Positions 46,319-57,210 of a stretch of DNA of 64,000 bases are shown here, piece by piece. This stretch comes from a virus. Taxonomy: Duplodnaviria; Caudoviricetes. Position 1 is the stretch's first letter, and every line of letters begins with the position of its first letter. The DNA lies in IMG/VR virus record IMGVR_UViG_3300036778_000062, positions 76,646 to 140,645 of that record, one strand, 5' to 3'. The notes below the pieces were generated by a model. That model ran no database searches, was not told where the DNA came from, and worked only from the letters and a program-made list of their open reading frames with translations. Made by a program: the position numbers and the translations under genes.

Positions 46319-47065
46319 ATGGATGAAAGCAATACTCGCCTCAGGCAGGCCCGCATCAAAGCCGGGTTCAGATCCGCCCGTGCTGCTGCGCTCCGGCACA
46401 ACTGGGTAGTGTCAACCTATGCCAGTCACGAGAACGGGCAGACACCTGTACCGAAGGAGACAGCCGACCAGTACGCAAAGGCGTTCAAGGTGTCGCGTGC
46501 TTGGCTACTCGCCGTCGATGGTTCGGTTAACCAGGCGCGAAAGAAGGAGCAATCCCGCGTTGCAACGTCTATTGGCGACGATGGCGGCTTGGAGTTGTAT
46601 CCTCATACCGAGGTCCCAGAGATCGACGTACTAGCGGGTGCAGGATATGCCGGCGGATTCAATCAAGAAGAAAATACAATCGACCAATTTGGCAATCATG
46701 TCTCCAGGGACGCCATTCGAGCTAGTTGGGGAATCCCTGAGCCCTTTCTGACAAACGAGCTCCATATCCGGCCGGGTAGGGCTCACATCCTTCCTGTTCG
46801 GGGCGACTCGATGACAGATGCCCTTTTCGATGGAGACAGGGCAATCATCAATCTCGACGACGTCGATATCAGCCAGGGCGGCATCTTTGCTCTGCTCGAC
46901 GACAACGCCTCGTTGATCATCAAGCAGGTCGAGTTCGTGCGCGGCACGAAAGCGAAGAGGATCCGCTGTACGTCGCGCAACTCGTCATACGAACCATTCG
47001 AATTGGATTTGGAAGAACCTGTTCGGATTATCGGGCGGGTGGCCAGCAAGATCACGAGGCTCTGA
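46319..47065 (+). CDS. cI: CI-like repressor (XRE HTH + S24 autopeptidase)
   Basis: RLRQAR...TYASHENG...AWLL; AGAG cleavage region; VRGDSM, IKQV, IIGRV. Confidence 0.92.
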   Translation: MDESNTRLRQARIKAGFRSARAAALRHNWVVSTYASHENGQTPVPKETADQYAKAFKVSRAWLLAVDGSVNQARKKEQSRVATSIGDDGGLELYPHTEVPEIDVLAGAGYAGGFNQEENTIDQFGNHVSRDAIRASWGIPEPFLTNELHIRPGRAHILPVRGDSMTDALFDGDRAIINLDDVDISQGGIFALLDDNASLIIKQVEFVRGTKAKRIRCTSRNSSYEPFELDLEEPVRIIGRVASKITRL

Positions 47066-47293
47066 GGTCGGCACTCGCGCTGCACATGGGCCAGTGAGAC
47101 CCGAATCAGCCAAGCCGAATCGGTTGGAGGCCGACGCCCTTTCAGAGGGCGTCGGGACCGTGGAAGCAAGCAGCGAAATATTTTCGGAATGGGGAAAACA
47201 TGCCTCTCTGGGCGCTGTTAGTGCGCGCCTCGAAAGCGCTATGGCCCGGTTTTTGCTCCTATATAGAATAAACTACTACTATCACCTGTATAG

Positions 47294-47318
47294 GGGAGGG
47301 TGCTTTAGGCACCCTCCC
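47294..47318. repeat. Perfect 10-bp stem hairpin in the cI-PL spacer
   Basis: GGGAGGGTGC-TTTAG-GCACCCTCCC. Confidence 0.6.
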
Positions 47319-47370
47319 TCGGATAGTCTATCTGTGGAAACGTACGCGCGCGACCTCGTTCTGTTGAATT

Positions 47371-47412
47371 AACAGAAACACTGTTGACAGTAATTCTGTT
47401 AATAGCTACAAC
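47371..47412 (+). promoter_or_regulatory. PL/OL: TTGACA(47384)-N17-TACAAC with two operators (47372-47384, 47387-47399)
   Basis: Perfect -35, GCTACAAC alphaproteobacterial -10, tandem ACAG-N5-CTGT. Confidence 0.85.
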
Positions 47413-47436
47413 CCTTCCAGACCTTGGGAGGGTTCA

Positions 47437-49572
47437 TTGCAACTTCACCTCGTTTCCAGCACCGCCGCGCCCGCCTATCGGCCGCATCTGACAGCCCTCG
47501 TCCGGGCGGATTTCACCTTCGACATTCCAGCGATCAAAGCGGGGGCTCGGGCGCGGTACGCGCTCAAGCAGGAATTCATCAACCGCTACACCGGCGAGCC
47601 GCGCCGCTACTGGCAGCGAGCGATCTCGCGCCGCGTGCTCGGTCAGGCGTGGAAGGAAGCGCGCGAGCAGCGCCATCGGGCGATCTGGTCGCACCTGCCG
47701 CGCCCGTTGCCGTACACGACCGACGAGCTACGCCGCATGGTGGTCCTGCTTGACCTGATGCGAGCTGCGCCGATCTCGGGGCAGGGCAATGCTGACTACC
47801 GCGAAGCGGCCTCCGAATACGGTGCCATCAGCGAGCGCGCACAGAAGCGCGCATATGCCGCCATCCTCGCGCGGGTGAGCGGACGCTGATGGCGAAGATC
47901 ATCACCATGCACGTCTACCCGCCGATTCCAGTTCGGACGTTCGACTGGGAGGCACATTTCGACGGCGACGAGCCGAACGACAACGGCCAGATGGAAGTCG
48001 GCTACGGCCGCACCGAGCGTGAGGCAATCGCCGATCTTCTCGAAAACACCGAGCGCTTCACCGGTCTCGATGCGGGGAGGGCATGCTGATGGGCGAGATC
48101 GCTGACATGATGCTCGACGGCATGCTCTGCGAAGGCTGCGGCGATTTTATCGGAGAGGCCATCGGCCATCTACGCAGATGTAGCCGCCCGGCCTGCAGGC
48201 CATCGCTCCTGCAAAATGCGCTTAAGCGGCCGCTACATCCGACTCCGAATGCGCGGCTCGCAGAACGCCACAATCGCGCGCGGCACGAGAAGGCGCGCGA
48301 ACGGAAGCCCTTTGAGTGCAGCAAATGCCCACGTCTCTTCCGAACGGAAGCCGGCAGAAATCAGCACACGCACGACGTTCATAACAAGGCGGTGCGCTGA
48401 TGGGCATGGATGTCTGCGGCAAAGCGCCACGATCGCAGCAAGGCGAATACTTCCGCAACAATATCTGGTGGTGGCATCCGCTCGCCGACTTCTGTCTGCA
48501 GCTCGCACCTGAGGTCTGCGCGCCGTGTCGTTACTGGCACTCCAATGACGGCGATGGTCTCGACAATGACGGCGCGATTGCTCTTTCGCTCTCACTGCAA
48601 GCCGCGGTCAATACCAATGCCGCGATGATGCATCAGCGCAAGGTCGAGCGCGGGGATTCCGAAGGTCCCTTCTCGGTCGAGAACGTCATCAGCTTCATTG
48701 CCTTTTTGCGCGACTGCGGAGGGTTCTCGATATGCTGAGCACCATCATCGCATGGGCCATCAACCATCAGTTCGCAACCGGCTTGCTGATCGGCGGTTGT
48801 CTTGTCGGCGGCATCCTCGGAATCGCCGGTTGGTTCTTGGGATACGAGAGCGCGCTGCGCTCGATCAACAGCTGCATCCGCAGGAGAGCTGAATCGGATT
48901 TCGGCGAGATTCCGAACCTGCCGCCGGTACGCGACCGTCGTCATTTTCCGACAACTCCGGGAAGGTGGGGATGACATTGCGTCACATCGAACCAGCTTGC
49001 CGTGTCTGCGGCTGCACCGAGGATCACGCCTGCGAAGGTGGTTGCTCTTGGGTGAAAGTGCCGAAGGGCGGGGAGCCGCTTTGCTCGGCTTGCGCCGGCA
49101 CGCCTGGCGACCTCGAAGAGGTCCTCGTCTCGGTAAAGTCGATGCTGTCGCATCAGGGGCCCGCCAAGAGTTGCATCAGCCAGATCAGGGCAGTCCTTAA
49201 GCGGCGCGCTGATCGGATCGTGCTGCGCGAGCGCAACATCGATCCTGCGTGGGGTGGTCGCTGATGTCGCCGCTTACCCGCTTCATGAATACGGCGAGCG
49301 CAATCCTGAACGAGCAGGACGCGCGGCGACTGCCGCCAGAGCCGACCAGACCGCCGATCTTTGTGCGGACCAATTACCTGTTCGTCGAGATCGACGACGC
49401 GCTTGCCCTAGCCGCGGCGATCGCCGCGAAGATCAAGATCGCCCGTATCGAGAACAACGTCACCGAAACGGTGCGGCTGAACGCCGATCTCGGCCGCGCC
49501 TCGCGTCAGCTCGCGCAGTTGAGCGCGTGGGTCGAGGAACAGTTCGACAAGGAGCGCCCCGATGGAAATTGA
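47437..49572 (+). CDS. Seven small early genes (47437-47889, 47889-48089, 48083-48400, 48400-48738, 48732-48974, ~48971-49264, 49264-49572); several Zn-finger-like
   Basis: Tight coupling; CxxC/C2H2 motifs (FECSKCPRLF...H..H; CRVCGCT...AC). Confidence 0.6.
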
Positions 49573-50521
49573 GCGCTACCCAATCGATCCAACGAAAGAT
49601 CGCGCGACCTGGCTCGCGCTACGCCAACGCGACATCACGGCAAGCGACGTTCCGGCGGTCTGCGGCGAGGGCATGTTCGGCTCTGCCACGAAGGTGTGGG
49701 CCGAAAAACTCGGCAAGGTCGGTCCGCAGGAAATGACCGAAGCAATGAAACGCGGCCTGTGGGGTGAGGCGGCCGTGTTCGAGGCGATCGGCTGGGAATT
49801 TCCGGATTGGGAGGTTCGCCGGGCAAAGATCTATCTGCGCGATCCCGAGCTGCGACTCGGCGCCACGCCCGACGGCGCCGCGATCATTCCAGGTCTACCC
49901 GGCATCACCGTCATCCAGACGAAGGTTATCGCGCGGCCAGTTTTCAGGACGATGTGGCTCGAAAATCCCGATGATGATTACAGCCCCGTGGTCGCACCGC
50001 TTGCCTATCAGCTCCAGACGCTGACGGAAGGCATGCTTGCCGATGCGGCGCGCTCGATGATCGTTGCTCTGGTCGTTGATACCTTCAAATGGGAATTGAA
50101 GGTCGTGCCGGTCGAGCGGCACGCCGACGCAGAGGCGGTGATCCGCGACCGAGTGGGCGCCTTCTGGCGCAATCACCTCGACACCGGCATTCAGCCGCCG
50201 GTCGATCCGGAGCGTGACAGCGAAATCGTCAAGCTCCTTTTTCCGAAAGACAACGGACTCGAGATCGATCTGTCACACGACAACGAGCTGCCTGGGCTGG
50301 TCCAGAACCTTCAGGACGCTCGGCAAGCAAAGAAGTCCGCGGAGGAGTCCGAGGAAATCGCGAAGACCGCTATCGCTGGCAAGATGGGCGAAGTCGCCTT
50401 GGGGCAGCTCGCTGATGGCCGGCGCATCAGCTTCAAAACGCAGGAGCGGGAGGGCTTCACCGTCGCTCCGACCAGCATGCGTGTCCTGCGCATCCTGAAG
50501 GCCAAGAAGGGGAGGCGCTAA
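49562..50521 (+). CDS. YqaJ-family exonuclease
   Basis: WL..R...ITASD, M.RG..GE, GATPDG, QTK, Y.LQ. Confidence 0.88.
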   Translation: MEIERYPIDPTKDRATWLALRQRDITASDVPAVCGEGMFGSATKVWAEKLGKVGPQEMTEAMKRGLWGEAAVFEAIGWEFPDWEVRRAKIYLRDPELRLGATPDGAAIIPGLPGITVIQTKVIARPVFRTMWLENPDDDYSPVVAPLAYQLQTLTEGMLADAARSMIVALVVDTFKWELKVVPVERHADAEAVIRDRVGAFWRNHLDTGIQPPVDPERDSEIVKLLFPKDNGLEIDLSHDNELPGLVQNLQDARQAKKSAEESEEIAKTAIAGKMGEVALGQLADGRRISFKTQEREGFTVAPTSMRVLRILKAKKGRR

Positions 50522-51291
50522 TGGTCGCCGCAGCTCGCAAGGTCGAGAAAACCGACAATCTTCCGCCGCCGCTTGTCAGCGCCGAACAGCTCGTAGCGGA
50601 CTTCAAGCATCTGGTCGATGAGGTCGATGCGATCGAGGCCGAATGCGCCGATTTACCGAACGTCGCCGAAGACGAGGAGGATTTGGCGCTGATCACCGCA
50701 GCGGCAACCAAAATCATCAAGCAGACGAAAGTTAACGAGGAAAAGCGCAAGGACGAAAAGCGCCCATACCTCGATGCAGAAGAGGTGCTGGATGATTTCT
50801 TCAAGCACGGGCTCAACGCGCGTCTACAGGTGATCAAGAGCGGCCTGGAGCAAGTCTCTACTGCCTACCAGAAAAAGAAAGCGCAGCGCGAGCAGGCTGC
50901 ACGCGACAAAGCGGCTGCAGAAGCCGCAGCGCGCGCAGAGGCGGCGCAGAAGACTGTTGTCCAGGCGGTGCAGTCCGGCGATGTCGGCGCGACAACTGCG
51001 GCAGTGACGCAAGCCAATTCTCTGACCGCATTCGCGAACCGGGCGATGGCGGCAGCTGCAGCGCCAACCTCGTCGATGGCGACCGTGAAGACGGACACCG
51101 GCAGTGCGTCACTGGTCGACAACTGGACATTCGAAGACGTCGACATGAACACGATCGACCTCGAAGCGTTGCGGCCGTTCCTCGCCCAAGCGTCGGTTGA
51201 GCAGGCGCTGCGGGCATTCATCAAGTCCGGTCGCCGCCAGATCAGGGGCGCGGTCATCTTCAACGACAGCAAGTCCCGCTTCCGCGGCTGA
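50521..51291 (+). CDS. Coiled-coil recombination-associated protein
   Basis: E..RK..K.PYL, C-terminal G.R.I.G..I; between the exonuclease and recombinase genes. Confidence 0.6.
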   Translation: MVAAARKVEKTDNLPPPLVSAEQLVADFKHLVDEVDAIEAECADLPNVAEDEEDLALITAAATKIIKQTKVNEEKRKDEKRPYLDAEEVLDDFFKHGLNARLQVIKSGLEQVSTAYQKKKAQREQAARDKAAAEAAARAEAAQKTVVQAVQSGDVGATTAAVTQANSLTAFANRAMAAAAAPTSSMATVKTDTGSASLVDNWTFEDVDMNTIDLEALRPFLAQASVEQALRAFIKSGRRQIRGAVIFNDSKSRFRG

Positions 51292-51306
51292 GAACAGGAG
51301 AATCGA

Positions 51307-52575
51307 ATGCCAGACATGGATGTTAACGATCGTCGCAACGCCTTGGACGCGTTCGCTCAAGCGCCGGCTCGCGAGGTCGCGCAGTCACCCTCGATCATGC
51401 CGATGGCATCACCCGGCGATCGGGTGTTCGGCGCTCAACAGGTCGCGGTCTATCGCGACGAAGCGCGCATCCTGCAAAAGCTTGCGGCACTCGGCGCTGC
51501 GGCCGGCGACGACTGGTTCTATCGCTTCCCGGTGAGGAACAAAGGCCAAAGGACGTTTATCGAAGGGCCGTCCATCAAGCTCGCTAACGATGTGGCGCGC
51601 ATCTACGGAAACTGCGAGGTCGATACTCGCGTGATCGATCTCGGCGCGTCCTGGCTGATCTACGCTCGCTTTACCGATTTTGAGAGCGGCTACGCTCTGA
51701 CTCGCCCATTCCAACAGGACAAGGGCGCATCACGGCTCGGAGGTGACGATCAGGCTCGCAAGCTCGATATCGCATTTCAGATCGGAGTGTCGAAGGCCAT
51801 CCGCAATGTCGTGACCAACGCGCTGCAGACATTCGCCGACTACGCGTTCGCTGCCGCGCGCAATTCTCTGGTCGAGAAGATCGGCAAGGACGTGCAGAGA
51901 TGGCGAAACGAAATGCTGGTCCGTTTGAGAGATCGTGGCGTCGATCCGCAACGCGTTGAATACGTGCTCGGCCGCGCGGCTGCCGACTGGACGGCGCCTG
52001 ACATCGCCAAAGTCATCGCCATGATGAAGGCCGTCGGCGACGGCATGGCGACCATTGATGAAACATTCCCGCCGAAGGACAGGCAGACTGCGGACGAGCA
52101 GACCGATCCTGATACCGGTGAAGTCACCAACGCATCGACAGCAACCGAAGCACATTCGGAAACCGAAGCACCTTCAAACGATGCGGGGAAGGCAGGGGAG
52201 GCGGGTCCTAACATCGGCTCCCCTGCCAACAATTCGAGTTCGCCGCGGCCGTCCGCAAATGACCACCAGACGGAAACCGCCGCGACGGGCCGGGCCGCTC
52301 CAGGTGCCAACCCTCCCAAGGAAAGCACCGGAGCGGCCAAGGCCGCGGACACGATTGCTGTCAGCAATATGACCGCGCCGAAGAACGAGGCCGAATACAT
52401 CAAATGGGCCGACGCTTGGCGCGAGGCGCTGACCGATGCCGACGAGGGCGACAAGCGCTGGAAGGACGAAAAGACCCTTCGCAACAAGGCGAACGTCGGC
52501 TCGGACGCTCGGGAGACCCTGCAGGAGAAACTGGCGAAGAAGTGCGCCGAGATCAGGGACGCGGACCGGTCATGA
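51307..52575 (+). CDS. Putative single-strand annealing recombinase
   Basis: FYRFP....IEGPSIKLA..AR.YGN, SKAIRN; disordered C-term; partner of YqaJ. Confidence 0.6.
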   Translation: MPDMDVNDRRNALDAFAQAPAREVAQSPSIMPMASPGDRVFGAQQVAVYRDEARILQKLAALGAAAGDDWFYRFPVRNKGQRTFIEGPSIKLANDVARIYGNCEVDTRVIDLGASWLIYARFTDFESGYALTRPFQQDKGASRLGGDDQARKLDIAFQIGVSKAIRNVVTNALQTFADYAFAAARNSLVEKIGKDVQRWRNEMLVRLRDRGVDPQRVEYVLGRAAADWTAPDIAKVIAMMKAVGDGMATIDETFPPKDRQTADEQTDPDTGEVTNASTATEAHSETEAPSNDAGKAGEAGPNIGSPANNSSSPRPSANDHQTETAATGRAAPGANPPKESTGAAKAADTIAVSNMTAPKNEAEYIKWADAWREALTDADEGDKRWKDEKTLRNKANVGSDARETLQEKLAKKCAEIRDADRS

Positions 52576-53792
52576 ACGTCAACATCACGCAATTGGAAGA
52601 GGCGGTTTTCGTCTCGAAGCTGCGGCGCACGGACACGCTCGAACACGGCCGCATTCGGCAGATTTTCGATGTCGTCAATCTGCCGGGGCTCCAGGTGGTT
52701 TGCATCTCCAAAACCGACGAGGCGAGCGGCGAGATTTCACTGGTGAGTCAGGAATACAAGCTGGCCTCTGGCGTTACGTTCACCTCTATCGACGAGGCCG
52801 TTGTGGCCTGGGACAATCTCAAGCCCGACCTCGACCTGCTTGACGCTCTAGGCGAGGCGCTGGTTCGCTATTCGCACGGGTTGATGCGCCCCCTCTGGTG
52901 CCATCGGACTCCGGCACAGAAAGAGCCGTGGCTGGCACGCGCCCGCCAATTCAAGCAACTCGCCGACAGCCTTGGCCTCTCGATCGAGAAGGTATCGCGG
53001 CAATGACGGCGCCGGCGGAACGATTGAAGGAAGCCCATCGCGGCTTCCGCAAGGCCGAACCGGCAGCGCGATCGCGCCTTGCTGCGCTCGACACCTTCGG
53101 TCTTCGCTACGAGCATGTCGACGAATTCAACGTGATCGTCGAAGGCGACTATCACCTCAATCTCGCAATGAGCTTTTGGCGCGCGATCGACGGCTCGATG
53201 CAGGGCTATCTGGTCAGCGGCCTCGCGCGCGAGATCAGAACGAACAATCCGAATCCCGCCGGCGGCAGGGACAGCACCGAAGCAAGCGAAATCCCAGGCA
53301 AATCGACCTTGCCAGCGGTAGCCGAGTCACCGGCGGGTACCTATTCGAGCGTCGCCTTGATGGAAGCGCCGGCATGGCCGTGAACGAGCAATTCGCCTCG
53401 CACACCGAACGCAGATGTGAGCGCTGCGCTTGGTGGGACACGTCGACGCAATCGGGTTCCGCGGAATCCGACACCACGGGCTTGTGCCGCCGAACCACAC
53501 CGGGTTTTGACGATCGCACGGGTCTCGCGGTCTGGCCGTTCACCGCGCAAGAGGATTGGTGCGGGTCCTTCGAAGAATCGATCGAAGCGAAAGCAGGGCT
53601 CGTATGAGCCGCCCGCGAACCTTCGTTTGGGTTCTGTACCCGCGCGGACCGTCGCCGCAGATCGTGTTTGACGACCCGCGCGTCGGCTGCGCGGATCTGA
53701 CGATCCTGGGTGAATGGAAAATAGACCCCGCTGACACGCGAACGCTCGAACAACTCGCCGCTGCTTGTCCCCCGCCTTCGGAGACCATCTAA
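52572..53792 (+). CDS. Four hypothetical early genes (52572-53006, 53003-53383, 53380-53607, 53604-53792)
   Basis: ATGA/GTGA coupling; the third has C..C.WW...G.C.R...WP.T...DWCG. Confidence 0.55.
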
Positions 53793-54490
53793 TGCTTTTT
53801 CGCGTCACCGACTTCGAAACCACCGGCATGCCTCCCGAAGCCACGCTGTGCGAGATCGGGTTTTGCGATGTCCGCACCAATGCCGATGATTCTACTGAGA
53901 TCGGCGACCCTGTCGGCATGTTGGTCAATCCCAAGCGCCCGATGCCCCCGGAGGCTCGCGCGATACATCACATCAGCGACCATGATCTAGCCAACGCGCC
54001 TTCGATCGACACCGGCCTTATCACGCTCAACCATCCGAGCGTTGACGTGTTCGTCGCTCACAACATGGCGTTCGAACGTGAGTTTTTTACTGGAGGCCAA
54101 AAGCCTTGGATATGCACCTTAAAGGTGGCGCGGCGGCTCTGGCCTGAATGCCCAAGTCACACCAACCAGTGCCTGCGTTATTTCCTTGGTTTTGAGCTTG
54201 ACCACAATCTTGCGATGCCCCCCCACCGGGCAGCTCCCGACACCTATGTGACAGCGCACATCCTGTTGGCGGCTATAACGGCAGGCGCCTCGATTGCGAG
54301 TATGATCGAATGGTCGAATGGTCCGTCACTCTTGCCTCGGGTGACCTTTGGCAAACACCGGGGGCAGGCCTGGAAGGACCTGCCTGGCGACTATCTCGAT
54401 TGGATCGTTCGGAAGTCCGACATGGACGCCGACACCAAGTTCACGGCGCGGCATTGGCTTGAGAAGCGCCGGAAAGGTCCGCAGCCATGA
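53792..54490 (+). CDS. Exonuclease X-like DEDDh 3'-5' exonuclease
   Basis: DFETTG, VAHN..FE, CTLK.AR, HRA..D, FGKHRG. Confidence 0.9.
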   Translation: MLFRVTDFETTGMPPEATLCEIGFCDVRTNADDSTEIGDPVGMLVNPKRPMPPEARAIHHISDHDLANAPSIDTGLITLNHPSVDVFVAHNMAFEREFFTGGQKPWICTLKVARRLWPECPSHTNQCLRYFLGFELDHNLAMPPHRAAPDTYVTAHILLAAITAGASIASMIEWSNGPSLLPRVTFGKHRGQAWKDLPGDYLDWIVRKSDMDADTKFTARHWLEKRRKGPQP

Positions 54491-54686
54491 CGATGGACGG
54501 CTGGGATTTCATGATTGCCGGTGAAGACGCCGCGGTCGAGGAAGAGATCAGGGCAGACGCACTTTCCTACGTGAAGCATCTCGCGGCGGCAGAGACCGAC
54601 GCCTGCATCGCGATCGAGAAGAAGTACGGCTTGTTTGGCCTCTCGCCGGAACGGGTCTCGCAGACACTTGCCGAAATGGTGTTGGC

Positions 54687-56444
54687 ATGAAGCACGCGAT
54701 CCCTGACGAGGTGCTGCGTCACCATATGGCGTTTCTCGGTAAGACCGGGAGCGGTAAGACCTCGACCGAAAAGCTTGTGGTCGAGCAGGTGGTCGATCAG
54801 GGCTTTCGCGTGTGCGTGCTCGATACCCTGAAATCCGACTGGTGGGGCATCACCTCCAGCGCTAGCGGCAAGAGCGCCGGCCTGCCGTTCAAGATACTCG
54901 GCGGTCCGCGAGGGCATGTACCGTTACATTCATCGGCCGGCAAGGTGATCGGCCAGCTCGTCGGCTCCGGCAAGCTGCCATTGTCGATCGTGGATATGGC
55001 CGACTTCGAGCCAGGCGGCATACAGCGGTTCTTCGTCGATTTTGCACAATCGCTCTGGAAGAACATGAAGGGCGTGGTCTACCTCGTGATCGAGGAAGCG
55101 CACGAGATCGCGCCCAAAGAGCGTGCTGGATTCGGCGCCGAGAACATGGCGATCCATTGGGCCAAGAAGATCGCGACAGGGGCCCGGACCAAGGGCATCC
55201 GGCTGATGGTCGCCACCCAGCGCGCGCAGGCACTGCATAACGCTGTTCTTGGAAGCTGCGAGACACTGATCGCGATGCGGCTGACCCAGCCGGCGGACCA
55301 GGAGCCAGTCCTTGGTTGGATGAAAGCGAATGCCGACAAGGACACAACGGAGAGGGTGAGGGCATCGCTCTCGTCGCTGTCGAGCGGCACGGGTTGGCTC
55401 TGCTCTGGCGAGGCGAGGATCTTCGAACAAGTCAAGTTTCCGAAATTCCGGACCTATGACAACACGGCCACGCCCGACCAAGACGCAGCCGAGATCGACG
55501 TCAAGACCGCGCCAGTCGATCAGGACGAGCTCAAGACGCTGATCGGCAAGGAGATCGCAAAGGCCGAGGCTGACGATCCGAAGAAACTTCGCGAACGGAT
55601 ATCCCTCCTTGAGCGCGACAATCAGACGTTGGAGCGCGAGCGGGACGAGGCGCGCCAGGTCGCGTCCGACCCGCAGGCGGTTGAGGATGCGCGGCGCTCC
55701 GGCTTTAGGGATGGCTTCGATGAAGCGGTCAACCAATCTGGTGCCTACGTTGTTCGCGTCAAGGCTGAGGTCGACGAGGCGTATCAGTCGATTGGCGCGA
55801 TGGCGAATACGATCAGCGCAATCGGTCGGATCGACCTGCAATTCAATCTCGAACAAAAATACGCTTCTGCCTCGCCCGCGGCCTCAGCCCCACCGCGACC
55901 CCAGGCGCAGACGCGCAGCGCCCGGCCGGCGCCGCGCGCACCATCACCGGCGGCGAGCGGTGATGCGTCCTTATCGAACCCGCAACGGACCTTGCTGCGA
56001 TCGCTCGCATGGTGGCGAGCCATGGGCCACGACGCGGTCTCGCGGGCGCAGCTCGCCGTAGTCTGCGGGTGGTCGCCAGCATCAAGTAACGTCCGCGATC
56101 GCCTGTCGGAGGTCTCTAAGCTCGGTCTAGTCGACTATCCAGGCACCGGCATGGTGCGGTTAACCGATACCGGAATCGCAGCGGCGCCCGAGCCTGATAT
56201 GTCCGAGACTCTGATCGACAGCATCAAGTCGATCCTGACAAACCCGCAGCGCGTTCTATTCCAGGCGCTCCTGACCGAGCGTGAGGAGCGCGCACCGGTG
56301 TCGCGCGCCGAATTGGCGGCGGCATGCGGCTGGTCTCCAGATAGTTCCAATGTTCGGGATCGTCTTTCCGAACTGAGCCGGCTTCAACTGGTGCAGTACC
56401 CGCAATCGGGGATGGTCGAGCTTCAGCCGTGGGTGCTCGGATGA
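54687..56444 (+). CDS. HerA/FtsK-like (DUF87) ATPase with two C-terminal winged-HTH-like repeats
   Basis: GKTGSGKT, LVIEEAH, VATQR; duplicated C-terminal unit. Confidence 0.8.
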   Translation: MKHAIPDEVLRHHMAFLGKTGSGKTSTEKLVVEQVVDQGFRVCVLDTLKSDWWGITSSASGKSAGLPFKILGGPRGHVPLHSSAGKVIGQLVGSGKLPLSIVDMADFEPGGIQRFFVDFAQSLWKNMKGVVYLVIEEAHEIAPKERAGFGAENMAIHWAKKIATGARTKGIRLMVATQRAQALHNAVLGSCETLIAMRLTQPADQEPVLGWMKANADKDTTERVRASLSSLSSGTGWLCSGEARIFEQVKFPKFRTYDNTATPDQDAAEIDVKTAPVDQDELKTLIGKEIAKAEADDPKKLRERISLLERDNQTLERERDEARQVASDPQAVEDARRSGFRDGFDEAVNQSGAYVVRVKAEVDEAYQSIGAMANTISAIGRIDLQFNLEQKYASASPAASAPPRPQAQTRSARPAPRAPSPAASGDASLSNPQRTLLRSLAWWRAMGHDAVSRAQLAVVCGWSPASSNVRDRLSEVSKLGLVDYPGTGMVRLTDTGIAAAPEPDMSETLIDSIKSILTNPQRVLFQALLTEREERAPVSRAELAAACGWSPDSSNVRDRLSELSRLQLVQYPQSGMVELQPWVLG

Positions 56445-56550
56445 CGGCCGGGCGCGCACACGCGCTCGGCATCACCGACGACGCTCCGATCGACCTGCGG
56501 AAGGTTGAGAAGTTTTGTTTCGTCGAACCGCATGCGAGGAGCGTCGCCCG

Positions 56551-57188
56551 ATGAGACATGGCCGGATTCTGACCGACGATGTTCGAAAAAAGATCGATGG
56601 GCTGATCGAGAGTATGAAGAGCCCGACCGCTGGGAAGATCGCGCGTAAGCTTGGGCTGAAAAACGGCACCGTCTACTGGTACATGCTCACGCACGGGCAC
56701 ATCACCCGAAAGCCTTCCAGCTACGCCCACAAACCATATGTCCGCAACGGTCAAACGATCTACCCGTACGCTCCGGAACACGACGCCATGTTGCTGGAAA
56801 TGCGGGTTGAGGATCTATCGTTCCAGGCGATAGCTGATGCTCTGACGGAACGCTTTGGCATCCCGCGGAACGCTCATTCGGTTCATAACCGCGCCATCAT
56901 GCTCGCTGCGATCGACGACGATAGCGAGGCAGCATGACCACTCGCGAATGGCGTGTCCACGAACAGGAAGAGGCCTATCTCGGTCCGGTAGCGATCGCCG
57001 TGTTCATCGACATCGGCTGGATCAGACGTTGGCCGAAGGCCTGGACCAAGGTTGGCCTGAGGGCAATCCGAAACGGATACGGTCGTTGGCCTGCCGGCGG
57101 CGTTTCGCATCTTCCGTATGGCACCGAGCGCATTCCAGGTGGCGCGGCCTATTGGCCTGGCCGCCGCGTCGAAATTCCGAAAGTCTGA
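56551..57188 (+). CDS. Two hypothetical genes (56551-56937 double HTH; 56934-57188)
   Basis: KIARKLGL..GTVYW and SFQAIA..L..RF HTH patterns. Confidence 0.55.
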
Positions 57189-57210
57189 AGCGAAGCACAT
57201 TGAGGACAAC

